NCBI RefSeq assembly: GCF_001194135.2
Contig: NC_069000.1
Span: 8,962,292 to 9,026,291 of the forward strand
DNA length: 64,000 nt
Direction: 5' to 3'
Origin: Octopus bimaculoides
Lineage: Eukaryota
Shown here: positions 53,340-62,500 of the stretch, one piece after another
Layout: each line of letters begins with the position of its first letter
How positions within the stretch are numbered: the first letter of the stretch is position 1
The notes under the pieces: model-generated
What the model was told of the DNA's origin: nothing
The model's input: only the letters and a program-made list of their open reading frames with translations
Database searches by the model: none
Position numbers and translations under genes: made by a program

Positions 53340-53633
53340 TACAATTTTCATACCTACCTCTATTATTTTCAGCTATTATTATTCCTGTACCAGTGAATGT
53401 AAAGTATTACGAATCAACAAAACTAATAACGTTTATAGTGAAATCGGAGTACGATTGCTGTGCAAGTTTACTGATTGATCGACAAATCGAATCTTTGTGG
53501 TGCAACACAACTTTGTTGCCAATGAAGAATAACACTTTAAAAATTGGATATACAGATGTTTTGAAGTTGCAATTACGACTGTGTCTCCGGCAAAGAAATG
53601 ATTTGTGTGGAAGCTATGTTGAGGCTGAAAGAG
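40022..53633 (+). CDS. Multi-exon IgSF cell-adhesion gene, echinoid-like (nephrin/hemicentin-like): 7 Ig + FN3 + divergent FN3-like; partial (no signal peptide, TM or tail found)
   Basis: 13 exons joined by hand with canonical AG acceptors and GT donors; frame is continuous through all junctions with no stop in 2592 nt; Ig C/W/DxGxYxC and FN3 W/Y motifs are present. Confidence 0.9.
40812..41031 (+). mobile_element. tRNA-derived SINE family B (Meta/MESC-like centre), young copy
   Basis: gagttcaaatt B box; centre gtcgacttcgccttgcctttcatcctttcgggatcgataaattaagtaccag; copies near 1235, 2170, 6790, 27575, 37875, 39065, 44075, 44460, 46085, 47900, 50915, 51150, 59810, 60150, 61650. The domain name is from recall and has not been aligned. 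Confidence 0.85.
41625..41909 (+). CDS. Exon B, Ig domain 2 (PPGEPVIDG...LTCTSVGGKPPPRLYW...ISCFAEN...TTLNVQ)
   Basis: tttcttacag acceptor; gtaagt donor at 41910; 285 nt; C2-set-like GGKPPP-W motif typical of nephrin/echinoid-type Ig. Confidence 0.92.
42454..42594 (+). CDS. Exon C, N-terminal half of Ig domain 3 (YAPSVKVTPDYNPYKVIEGTSATLTCHIDANP...LW)
   Basis: cctgacag acceptor; gtaagt donor at 42595; 141 nt. Confidence 0.9.
42625..43013 (-). mobile_element. Young tRNA-derived SINE (family C), full length, (CAA)n tail
   Basis: tRNA-like head with A and B boxes; 13-bp TSD ACATTGTTCTTAT at 42612-42624 and 43014-43026. Confidence 0.9.
43074..43190 (+). pseudogene. 5S rRNA pseudogene (approximately full length, diverged 5' end)
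   Basis: ccaccttggaa..gttcttgtcc..tcactaaagttaagcaacgtcgagcctagtgagtacttagatgggtgactgcttgggaaacctaggtgctgtaagc follows metazoan 5S including box A (AAGTTAAGC) and box C (AGATGGGTGAC); T6 at 43200-43205. Confidence 0.85.
43271..43671 (+). mobile_element. SINE family A, full length
   Basis: Head, CORE-like segment, (GT)n and tail are all present. Confidence 0.85.
43771..43911 (+). CDS. Exon D, C-terminal half of Ig domain 3 (SATNSELNAGKFSHTIPSVDVGMHGSYICQAVNGVATREAAVSLDVL)
   Basis: tttgctttag acceptor; gtaagt donor at 43912; 141 nt; GSYICQAVN F-strand motif; absent from the ORF track. Confidence 0.9.
44828..45214 (-). mobile_element. Young tRNA-derived SINE (family C), full length
   Basis: A box TGGCCCAGTGG; 12-bp TSD ATACTTAACATA at 44816-44827 and 45215-45226; about 20 differences from the 42625 copy by eye. 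Confidence 0.9.
45385..45675 (+). CDS. Exon E, Ig domain 4 (YKPKLTV...FECRADANPVPNVLRW...EYTCESAN...TTLYVR)
   Basis: ttattctccag acceptor; gtgagt donor at 45676; 291 nt. Confidence 0.9.
46361..46453 (+). CDS. Exon F, N-terminal part of Ig domain 5 (YSPGNVEINSNNIPIKGAEPISLTCKVDPNN)
   Basis: tgcttttcag acceptor; gtgagt donor at 46454; 93 nt; absent from the ORF track. Confidence 0.88.
46580..47020 (+). mobile_element. Degenerate CR1/L2-group LINE reverse-transcriptase fragment in intron F-G
   Basis: Translates to VIYLDFAKAFDKVDH, PQGTVLGPLLF, YVDD and NNMQFNAGK, with stops and frameshifts. Confidence 0.85.
47343..47516 (+). CDS. Exon G, C-terminal part of Ig domain 5 (SGYPLPTYVWRREG...DGGRYTCIARNQMG...VNVK)
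   Basis: long T tract plus ttttag acceptor; gtaagt donor at 47517; 174 nt; W and DGGRYTC motifs. Confidence 0.92.
48496..48699 (+). CDS. Exon H, N-terminal part of Ig domain 6 (EYPEITTGLP...LRCIAYGNPAPTITWWKNG...SMLYFE)
   Basis: acttttcag acceptor; gtaaga donor at 48700; 204 nt; GNPAPTITWWKNG I-set motif. Confidence 0.92.
48965..49087 (+). CDS. Exon I, C-terminal part of Ig domain 6 (SPSQDNSNRLMPFDTGNYSCVVKTSLNDKFKRVSTFSLIIR)
   Basis: ctttctttttag acceptor; gtaagt donor at 49088; 123 nt; DTGNYSC motif. Confidence 0.9.
50300..50581 (+). CDS. Exon J, Ig domain 7 lacking canonical cysteines (SAPSIEE...IEAYPEPIFSW...DNLGVYLVIVNN...VRER)
   Basis: tatttgtag acceptor; gtacgt donor at 50582 gives the phase 1 required by the next exon; 282 nt. 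Confidence 0.88.
51406..51603 (+). CDS. Exon K, N-terminal part of FN3 domain (VPDPPKDL...VYLQWTPGFDGGENQTFLIY...FNVT)
   Basis: ttgttgcag acceptor; gtagct donor at 51604; 198 nt; WxPGFDGG motif typical of nephrin/echinoid-type FN3. Confidence 0.92.
52220..52315 (+). CDS. Exon L, C-terminal part of FN3 domain (DLLPNTLYKFTVRAMNKLGNGSFSNYFSLKTQ)
   Basis: ttccttaaag acceptor; gtaagt donor at 52316; 96 nt; LxPxTxYxFxVRAxN motif. Confidence 0.92.
53373..53633 (+). CDS. Exon M, divergent membrane-proximal FN3-like domain (AIIIPVPVNVKYYESTK...LQLRLCLRQRNDLCGSYVEAER)
   Basis: tattattttcag acceptor; gtagga donor at 53634; 261 nt, phase 1-1, open frame, complex non-repetitive sequence. Confidence 0.8.
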
Positions 53634-54109
53634 GTAGGAAAAGATAGTTTCCTGCTTGTCCTTTTTCTTTTCTCTTTCCCTTTTTACTTGTTTCAGCCAT
53701 TTGGCCGCGGCCATGCTGGGATGCTGTCTTGAAGGGTTTTAGTCGTATTTTCTTTTACCCTAAGCCAGGAACTTTTCAGCACCCCCTCATATGAATATAC
53801 ACATATACTTGCAAATGAGTGTGTATGTAGATAAAAATGCATGACTGTATATATGCATATATATACCTACCTGAATGTATGTGTGTAATGAACGAATGAA
53901 TATAAGTATGTATATGAGCAGAAATGTACCCCCCGCCCTCCCCCAACTTTGTATACAAAATTAAATAAGTTCAATTAATTTCCAGATGTTAGCATAAAGT
54001 ACCAGGAATATATCTCACTGGGGATTACACTAAATTGGTAAATGAATATAGACAGCAGCTGAAGGGAAAAAAATACTGCATATATGGGTGCACCTGTGCG
54101 CCTAAGTTA

Positions 54110-54112
54110 TGA

Positions 54113-54145
<33 letters not shown>

Positions 54146-54390
54146 TAGATAGATAGACAAACAGATAGATAGATAGACAAACAGACAGATAGATAGATAG
54201 ATAGACAAACAGACAGATAGATAGATAGACAAACAGACAGATAGATAGGTAGACAAACAGACAGATAGATAGACAGACAAACAGACAGATAGATAGATAG
54301 ACAAACAGACAGATAGATAGATAGACAAACAGACAGATAGATAGATAGACAAACAGACAGATAGATAGACAGATAGATAGATGGATGGAT
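54110..54390. repeat. Compound (GATA)/(GACA) microsatellite with a higher-order 20-24 bp unit
   Basis: agatagatagacaaacagac is repeated. Confidence 0.95.
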
Positions 54391-57300
54391 GGGTAGATAT
54401 TGTTATGTATACCTATAATATAATGAAGGGAGTGGTATTAGTGGTAATTAGGGTGACAATTAAAACCAAAGGAATGTTTGACTTAATAGAAATAATGACT
54501 GTGCTAAAGAATTTATTAAAGGCATATAGAATAGAGAGAAACATTGGTTACCGAACTCTGGTCAGTATGAAAGTATATAATATAAACATATATATATATA
54601 GATATACACACACACACACATGCATACATTGGTGTATACACACAGAGGCACACATTATGTATACATACATTGATACACACACACACCATTTAGCTATTCT
54701 CCCTCCTGCTTCAAAGGTTTGTATTAAGTCCCATATATATATTACTGTTTAATAAGGTTTCCTCAATACAGTTTCACCCTTCACATTCAGCTGTTGGTCA
54801 TCATACAATGCAAACACATACACATTCTGTTCCCTAACCCACCCCTCTTCCATCTTTAAGGGACTCTCCCATACCTTACTGATTCACTCGCAACCAATGT
54901 CTCCACTCTGTACCACGAAGGTACTGTAACTGGGCTTCTTAATCCTATTCTCCCTGTCTTCTCTTCTTACATCTTCCATCTATAAGGTCCTGTATTTTTT
55001 TTTTCCTTCCCCTAATTCCTGGTTCCCTACACCCTTCCTACATCTCACATTTGTAAGGGACTATCCCTTTCATTCAATGGCTTACTGACTGTCACAAGAC
55101 AACTTCTTCCCTTCCCGGTGCACTGGTGTCTCACTGCACTAGTGCACCCTATTATTGTCTCAGAATTAGCACACTACCTCCCTCTGCTTCACACACTCAC
55201 TGAAACCCCCTAATGTAGCTTGGCTCCTCTTTATTCCCTTTCTCTCTCACCCCTCCTCTGTCCTTCATCGTTTTCAGTCCATTACTGTCTCTTTACCCTC
55301 TCCTTTTTACTGTCATCTCTTCATTTTTTTCTATCCTTTCTGTTTTCCTTATTCACACCTCTCTTTCTCTCATTTTCAGTTCCTCTCTCTCTCTCTCTTT
55401 CCCCCTTCACCAACTTCTCTCTCATTCTCTCTGTCTTTCTCCCCACTTTTTCTGCCTCACTCATTACTTCCTTTCTCTTTTCTTACTCACTCCACTTTCT
55501 ACAGACCCAGAAAACCACCACCACCATCATATGCCTATATACTCTGCTCTGCCTGCCATACAAAATATTCTTCCTTCTCTTCATACTCCCACCCCCAATC
55601 GGCAGTCAGCCCTCTCTCTCTTTCTTTTTCTCTCTCTCCCTACTACATAAGACATATTTTTTATGTATCTTTTCTTGTCTGTTTTTTTTTCTCTTTGCCC
55701 TCTTTCCCAAGAGAAATAACACTCCCCCAAGTGTGTACGGCTGTGTGTGTGTGCTTGTATGTGCAACACCCTCTCTTTTTCCTTCTCTTCTGCTTCTTCA
55801 TAACTATCTTGTCAAAAAAAAAAAAGTTATCAAAGAGCTATTAGTGTTGGCTCCAGAACTTATCTGACACAATTGTCAAACAATTTATATAATTTATAAA
55901 ATATACTTAAGGAGGAATTGCATCTGCATAGATACATAAATTCATGTTTATAAACATGAGGAAACTTTGAAAAAAGAAACCTCTCTGCTTACTCCCCCAA
56001 AGAAGCACTTTTTGACCACAACAATATCAATACTGTCCTAGTTGTTTCATTATTTCACTTTTTGTTTGTCAGCCAGCAAGTTTCCTTTCCCCTTATTTTA
56101 GAATTTATCACAGATCTTTAATCTCTACANNNNNNNNNNNNNNNNNNNNNNNNNNNNNNNNNNNNNNNNNNNNNNNNNNNNNNNNNNNNNNNNNNNNNNN
56201 NNNNNNNNNNNNNNNNNNNNNNNNNNNNNNNNNNNNNNNNNNNNNNNNNNNNNNNNNNNNNNNNNNNNNNNNNNNNNNNNNNNNNNNNNNNNNNNNNNNN
56301 NNNNNNNNNNNNNNNNNNNNNNNNNNNNNNNNNNNNNNNNNNNNNNNNNNNNNNNNNNNNNNNNNNNNNNNNNNNNNNNNNNTATATCTATTCTGAAGCA
56401 GTGCCTTAATATTTCACGTTTTGGACATTATTTTTGTTTCCTATCTAAATTATTTTGGGATATTTTACCATTTTACCAGAAAAACACATACATAAACTAG
56501 CAAATTTTGGCTGGTCCTTTTTCTTTTTACTGCAATATTTTTTTCAAAAATCTAAACAAATACGCAACTCAACTCTACTGCATTTATCAATTCAGTCAAA
56601 CTGGTAAGCGAATTTCAGTTTTATTTTTACCATTTTTAAAATTCATTTTCCATTTGTTTTCTTAGCTATTGATATGGTTTTAATCAATTTGCTTTATGTT
56701 TTAATTTCTAAGTTTTGAATTTTTAATTAAAATTTTGTTGTTGTCGTTAAGTGCCACCAGCCTCGAGTCAACCTTCATTACCAAGCAGAACTATGATCCC
56801 AAGATCTTCCTGCCTTCCTTCCAACCTGTAGCCTTTCTCCATCTTCTTATTCAGACATCCAAGATTGTTATATACAACTTCATTCATTATCTATGCACCC
56901 ACCTCCAACAACAACTTTTTCTTTTGTAAGACTAAAGTGTAATTTGAAGGAGATTTGGCTACTATTTCTACTATTTTGAGTGACCATGTGGAATCTGCCT
57001 TGATGGCTTATCAATTTTCATTTTATATATTCACTCATTATATTTTAGACCCTATCCTTATATCTATTCCAATATGTATATATATATACTTCATACCCAT
57101 ATATCTGTTTTACATATTTATATATATATATATATATGTACACACACACACACACACTATCCTTGTAGCTATTCTACTATATATATATATATATATATAT
57201 CCTACCCATGTTTGTTCTGCTATATATACACTCTATTCTTGTATATATTCTACTGTATATATATATACACACACCTTACCCACATATTTGTTCTACTCTA

Positions 57301-57539
57301 TATACACCCTACCCATGTATCTATTTTACAAAATATAAGCCCTACTCTTGTATTTCTTCTACTATGTATACCCTCCTCTGTTTCCCCCATGCTAGTTGTT
57401 GCTGACACCAACTGAATTTTGAAAATGGCAGCTGGTGTACATTAAAAGACTTCAGCAGTGTAGTGTACACTTCTGCACTCTTTCACATGGTCAATTGATC
57501 ACTTGACTATGGCCATACTGGGGCACTTCTTTCAAGGGT

Positions 57540-58116
57540 GTATAAGTTTGTTTTAAAATTTGGGATTACATAGACAGTATTTTATATGGGATATGGGCAG
57601 TTCCCATGAGCACTATTTTTTTAATTTTTGCCATTTTTGGATTTCCTGGTATCTGAGCTAGGTAGCAATCAGCCCCTTTTGCTATTATTTCTAGGGCACT
57701 TATGACAACTGGTATTGTTTTAGTCTTAAGGTTCTACATTTTGCTGATTTCTATTTCAAGATCTTTATACTTGCTCAGTTTTTGGTAGGTCTTCACAGAT
57801 ACGTTTATATCGATTGGGACAGTCATATCAATGAGGAGGCATGATTTTTGTCTGAAGTCCTTCAATATAATGTCTGGCCTATTCGCATCTACTTTTCTGT
57901 CAGTTTGAACAGTGAAATTACAAAGGAGTGAGATGTGGTCATTTTCAAGCACTGGAGGTGGTTTGTGTTCCCACCAATTTTTATCATGGGACAGGTCCAA
58001 GTTTTTGGAAATTGCCAGTGAATATACTGAGCAGCTCTATCATGCCTGTTGAGATACTCTGTAGGTGCAAGAAGACTGCACATGGAGACAACATGATCGA
58101 TGGTTTCATTTTGTTT
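57540..58116 (-). mobile_element. 5'-truncated R4/Dong-clade non-LTR retrotransposon, zinc-knuckle end plus restriction-like endonuclease, degenerate
   Basis: ETIDHVVSMC..RHD..IHW, frameshift, then HKPPPVLEN..QTDRKVDANRPDII..LIDMTVP..KLSKYKDLEIEISKM*NLKTKTIPVVISAL..GTAHI..LSM stop at 57566-57568; one in-frame stop. Confidence 0.88.
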
Positions 58117-58140
58117 ATTATCATTATTATTATTATCATC

Positions 58141-58760
58141 AAGGCAGCAAGCTAGCAGAACTGCTACCACACCAGACGAAATGCTTAGCAGAATTGCTTC
58201 TGGCTTTATGTTCTAAGTTCAAATTCTGCCAAGGTTGACTTTGCCTTTTATCTTTTCAGGGTCAATAAAATAAGTACCAGTCTAGTACTGGGGTCGATGT
58301 AATCAACTAGGTCCTTACCCCCAAAATTTTAGGCTTTGTGCCGCTAGTAGAAACCATTATTATCATTATTATTATTATCATCATTATTATTATTATTAAG
58401 GTGGTGAGATGGCAGAGTCATTAGTGTGCCAGCACTACGTTCTGAGTTCAAATTCCGCAGAGGTTGACTTTGCCTTTCATCCTTTTGGGGGTCGATAAAT
58501 TAAGTATCATTTGAGTACTGGGGTCGATGTAATCAACTCATCCCCTCCCCCAAAATTGCTGCCCTTGTGGCAAAATTTGAAACCATTATTATTATTATCA
58601 TTATTATTATTATTGAAATCGATGCAAAATGCCTTGCAGCATTTCATCTCTCTTCGTGTTCTGAGTTCAAATGCCATGGAGATCAACTTTGCCTTTCATC
58701 CTTTCGGGGTTGATAAAAAAAAATGTACCAGTTGAATACTGGTTTCGATGTAATCAACTT
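58141..58760 (+). mobile_element. Three head-to-tail SINE family B copies separated by (ATT)n
   Basis: Copies at about 58141-58355, 58398-58585 and 58616-58760. Confidence 0.85.
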
Positions 58761-58911
58761 AATGACTCCTGGGTAGGAGCATAAAAATGACACCCCTCTT
58801 CCAAGCCATGTTGAGCCAGTGTAGCAGAGTAGGCTCGGCTCATCAGACCAGTATGGTCTCAAGCCATTCTCTGGTTGGGAGAACATGCTAAGGCCTTTGT
58901 GCTGTATAGTG

Positions 58912-59097
58912 CAGTGGTCTGCTATCAGTACGCTGCAGCACACTGGTGTGCCATAAAATGATGCTAGGTGTGTCGCAGTGTAACCTGATTGTAATTTTTT
59001 TCCCTATACTTTTTATTATATTTTTAGTTCAGGTGTGCCACCAAATTTTGAAAAGGATATAAGTGTACCACAAGTGGAAAACGGTTGCGGAACACTG
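58912..59097. mobile_element. hAT-type MITE
   Basis: Termini cagtggtctgc / gcggaacactg; 8-bp flanks gtatagtg and ctatagcg. Confidence 0.6.
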
Positions 59098-59470
59098 CTA
59101 TAGCGGACTGAACACAAGCAATCTAATCCAAAATTATTATTATTATTACTATTGTTATTATTATTTTTTTGAATAAGGATACATTAGATAATGTAGTGTA
59201 CCACACCACTTAAACGACAGAATGGTCAAATCTGCCACGCCTTTGATCATTAGTCAAGTCAACTCAATCGGGGCTAACTTGAGGTTTAAACAACAACAAC
59301 AACAAACAGATTGATTTGGTCAACTAATATATAAATTGATGTTGGATTTTGTCCAATGAAATTGATATTATTATTATTATCCAGTAATGCATAATAAACA
59401 CAAAACCTTCACAGCTATACTGCTATATGCACCAGTACACATTAGCAACTGCACAATTACATGCATCGCC

Positions 59471-59501
<31 letters not shown>

Positions 59502-62500
59502 GTTCATTATGCAGCACCATTTGAAGAATGGAGATTGTGGTCTTTGATAAATATATTATTGGAAAATCTGGCAAGATATTATCTTAGCTCAAGTTTTCTG
59601 CCATTGTTGTCAGCTTCTTGGAGACAGGAATGGCAACACAATGCTGGTTGATTATATATTAATCAATAAAGTTAACAAGAACCACAATAACCACAATGAT
59701 GATGATGATTTTAGGCATATATTTTTGCGTAAGAGTATATATAGAGGATTATATTATCCCTAGTATTTGACTGCAATGGAAAGCAAAGTCATCCCATTAA
59801 TAATATTAATTATGGTTTCAATTTTGGTGCAGGGACAACAGTTTTTGAGGGGAGGGGGAAAGCTGATTACATCGATACCTTGTACTGGATTGATACTTAC
59901 TTCATCAATCTTGAGAGGATGAAAGGCAAAGTCAACCTTGGTGATATTTGAACTCAGAGCATGACAAGTCGGAAGAAATACCACTCAGCGTCTCATCTGA
60001 CACGAGAAGCTTCTATAGGGTTGTCTTGATTTGCTAGAATTAGCAGCCAAATTTTACCCTACTATCTTCCTTCAGTGACCCTTGCCTTTGTAGGTCTGCT
60101 TCATTAAAGCTGACTTGGGACTACAACAACAACAGCAACAATAATAATAGTGGTTTCAAATTTGGCACTGGTTTGGGGGAGGGGTGAGTTGATTACGTCC
60201 ACCACAGTGTTCAACTGGTTCTCATTTTGTTGACCCTGAAAGGATGAAAGGCAAAGTCAACCCCTGCAGAATTTGAACTCAGAACGTGAAGACGGACAAA
60301 ATGCCACTAAGCATTTTGCCCGGCATGCTAATAATTTCGCCAGCTCGCCATAATAATAATGATACCAACAACAACCTCTCATTTTCTCAAAGAATTATTA
60401 TTGTTGTTACTGTACCTATTCTAGTTGTGTGTGAAAAAATGGTTATTATTGTTTTTCTAGAATTCTGTTATTTTGATTCTGCTGTTTCTTGTTTTCTTTC
60501 CTTTTTTTTTTCCTTCTATTTTTTTTTTTTTTTCATTTCAATCTCCAGCTTATTATATTCCACCTCCTCCTGCTCTACACACTCAATATTTCACAGTCCT
60601 TAGTGTCTGCTATTCATTCTAGTATTGTAAAATTGACATTGTAACCAGGAGCTTTTGTGTCTTTTTCCTTGTGTATGTGTGTGTTAGGGAGGCAATAGTT
60701 TTGTGTGTGTGTGTGTGTGTCATTGTGTGAATGTGTGGGTAATTTCGTTTTTTCTGTGTGAGGAGGGGAAGCAAAAGGAATTTTTTATGATTGTGTGTAC
60801 ATGGTTTGGTATCTTATGTTTTGTATTTTCTCCTCCTTTTCCTCCTCCTGGGCCCTTTACAATATACAGACATTGTTACTGTATCTAAGGCCAAACTTCT
60901 GGTTTCCCAGGCATAATTTCTTTGAACAGAGATTTCCCTGTGACTCTCACATACATGCACACACACACACACACATACATACAATATTCTCTATCATCAT
61001 ACACTTTTCCTCTTCAACAAAGACATATTTCCAAGATATACTATCCACTACACAGATACACACACATCACACACCACCACCACCACCATCGTCATCATCA
61101 TTGTCATCATCATCATCACCACCATCGTCATCCTTATCTACATATATTCTTATTATCTTGCTCTATCAGATTCAACCTATTCTTATTTTTCACACACATA
61201 CACACACACACTCTCTCTCTCTCCCCCTCTCACTTCCCCCCATACACTTCACCTCTTTTCCCCACCTCATACCCTGACCAAGTACAGGAAGAGAGGAAAT
61301 TGTAACCTCGCGCAAGATCATTGATGTCTGAAACGCCACTACCCCTCCACCCCAGACTTGTGATTGTCACTCTTCAATGCTCCAATGCTTTGCACAGTTG
61401 AATGGTCGGTCCACGTCATGCATCTGGTTTCATCTGAAATGACCGTTCTAGATGATCCAACAAAGGTGCTCCTTACATCCTTATTAGACCTGCTAAAAAC
61501 AACAGTAAAAATCTCCCTTGAAATAGGTTTATCCCTTTTTATTACCATATTTCTTTTGAAATACACTGTCCGCATTTTAATCAATTTTGAAAATAATGAA
61601 GAAAAATTAACCTAAACAATTTTGTCATTAATAAGCTGTTGGATAAAGCGGAGAGTTGGCAGAATCGTTAGCATGCCAGGCGAAATGCTTAGCAGTATTT
61701 TGTCTGTCTGCACAATCTGAGTTGAAATTCCACTGAGGTCAACTTCACCTTTCATCCTTTTGGAGTCAATGAAATAAGCACCAGCTGAGGACCGGGGTCG
61801 ATGTAATTGACTAACCCCCTCCCCCAAAATTTCGGGCCTTGTACCTATAATAGAAAGTACAGCAGAACCTTGCAGTATGAGTGCCCCATTTGCTGTACAA
61901 GCCGAGACAAGGCTTGTACAAGCAAAGGAAAAACTAAATTCTTAGATACAAGATAAAAGCTACCACCAATGATTGTATCATAACCAGGGGCAGTCTCAGG
62001 TTCTTTTGAAGTCCTCATACCTCATGGAAAAGGAATAGGGTAGTTTTATTTATTTAGTTAAGTATCACTGATATTTCCAATTGTGAAAAAGATTTTTTTC
62101 TCAAAACCTCCAGGCAGTGCTCCAGCATGGCCACAGTCAAATGACTGAAACAAGTAAAATAGTAAAAGAGTAGTTTGCATTTGTCTCCCACCCACCCCAA
62201 CCCTTCCACCCCCTTTTNNNNNNNNNNGACAGTTATTTTAATACTCTCATCTTAAAAAAAGGTTCTCTCATTGGTGGCTTTTTTTTTTCCGTTTTGTTTT
62301 TCTTTATACAGCTTTTAATCTAAGAAATTTCCAGTAATCTGAAACTAATCTAGCTTGCGTGTAATTAAAAATTCATAGAAGGAGCCTTCTGGAATAATCT
62401 GGAGTAATCCAGTTCTGTATACAGCAGAGAAGAAGCCAAGCTCAGAAGTAAGCTGCTAACTAATGGTTACATGTGCAGTAGATTAAGTTATGCAAGTGAT

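Noticed and set aside
55220-55867. 215-aa hydrophobic ORF as a candidate TM exon
   Set aside because: CT-rich low-complexity DNA with no phase-1 splice context and no positive-inside stop-transfer pattern
60286-60603. Hydrophobic ORF downstream of exon M
   Set aside because: It starts within a SINE B copy, then runs through ATT/T-rich sequence; the candidate acceptor gives a stop in phase 1
61397-61470. Possible small exon (tttgcacag ... aag/gt)
   Set aside because: The putative donor lies at the start of a family E repeat and the peptide is not recognisable
61894-61920. Perfect 10-bp stem-loop tgtacaagcc / ggcttgtaca
   Set aside because: Too short and isolated to distinguish from chance
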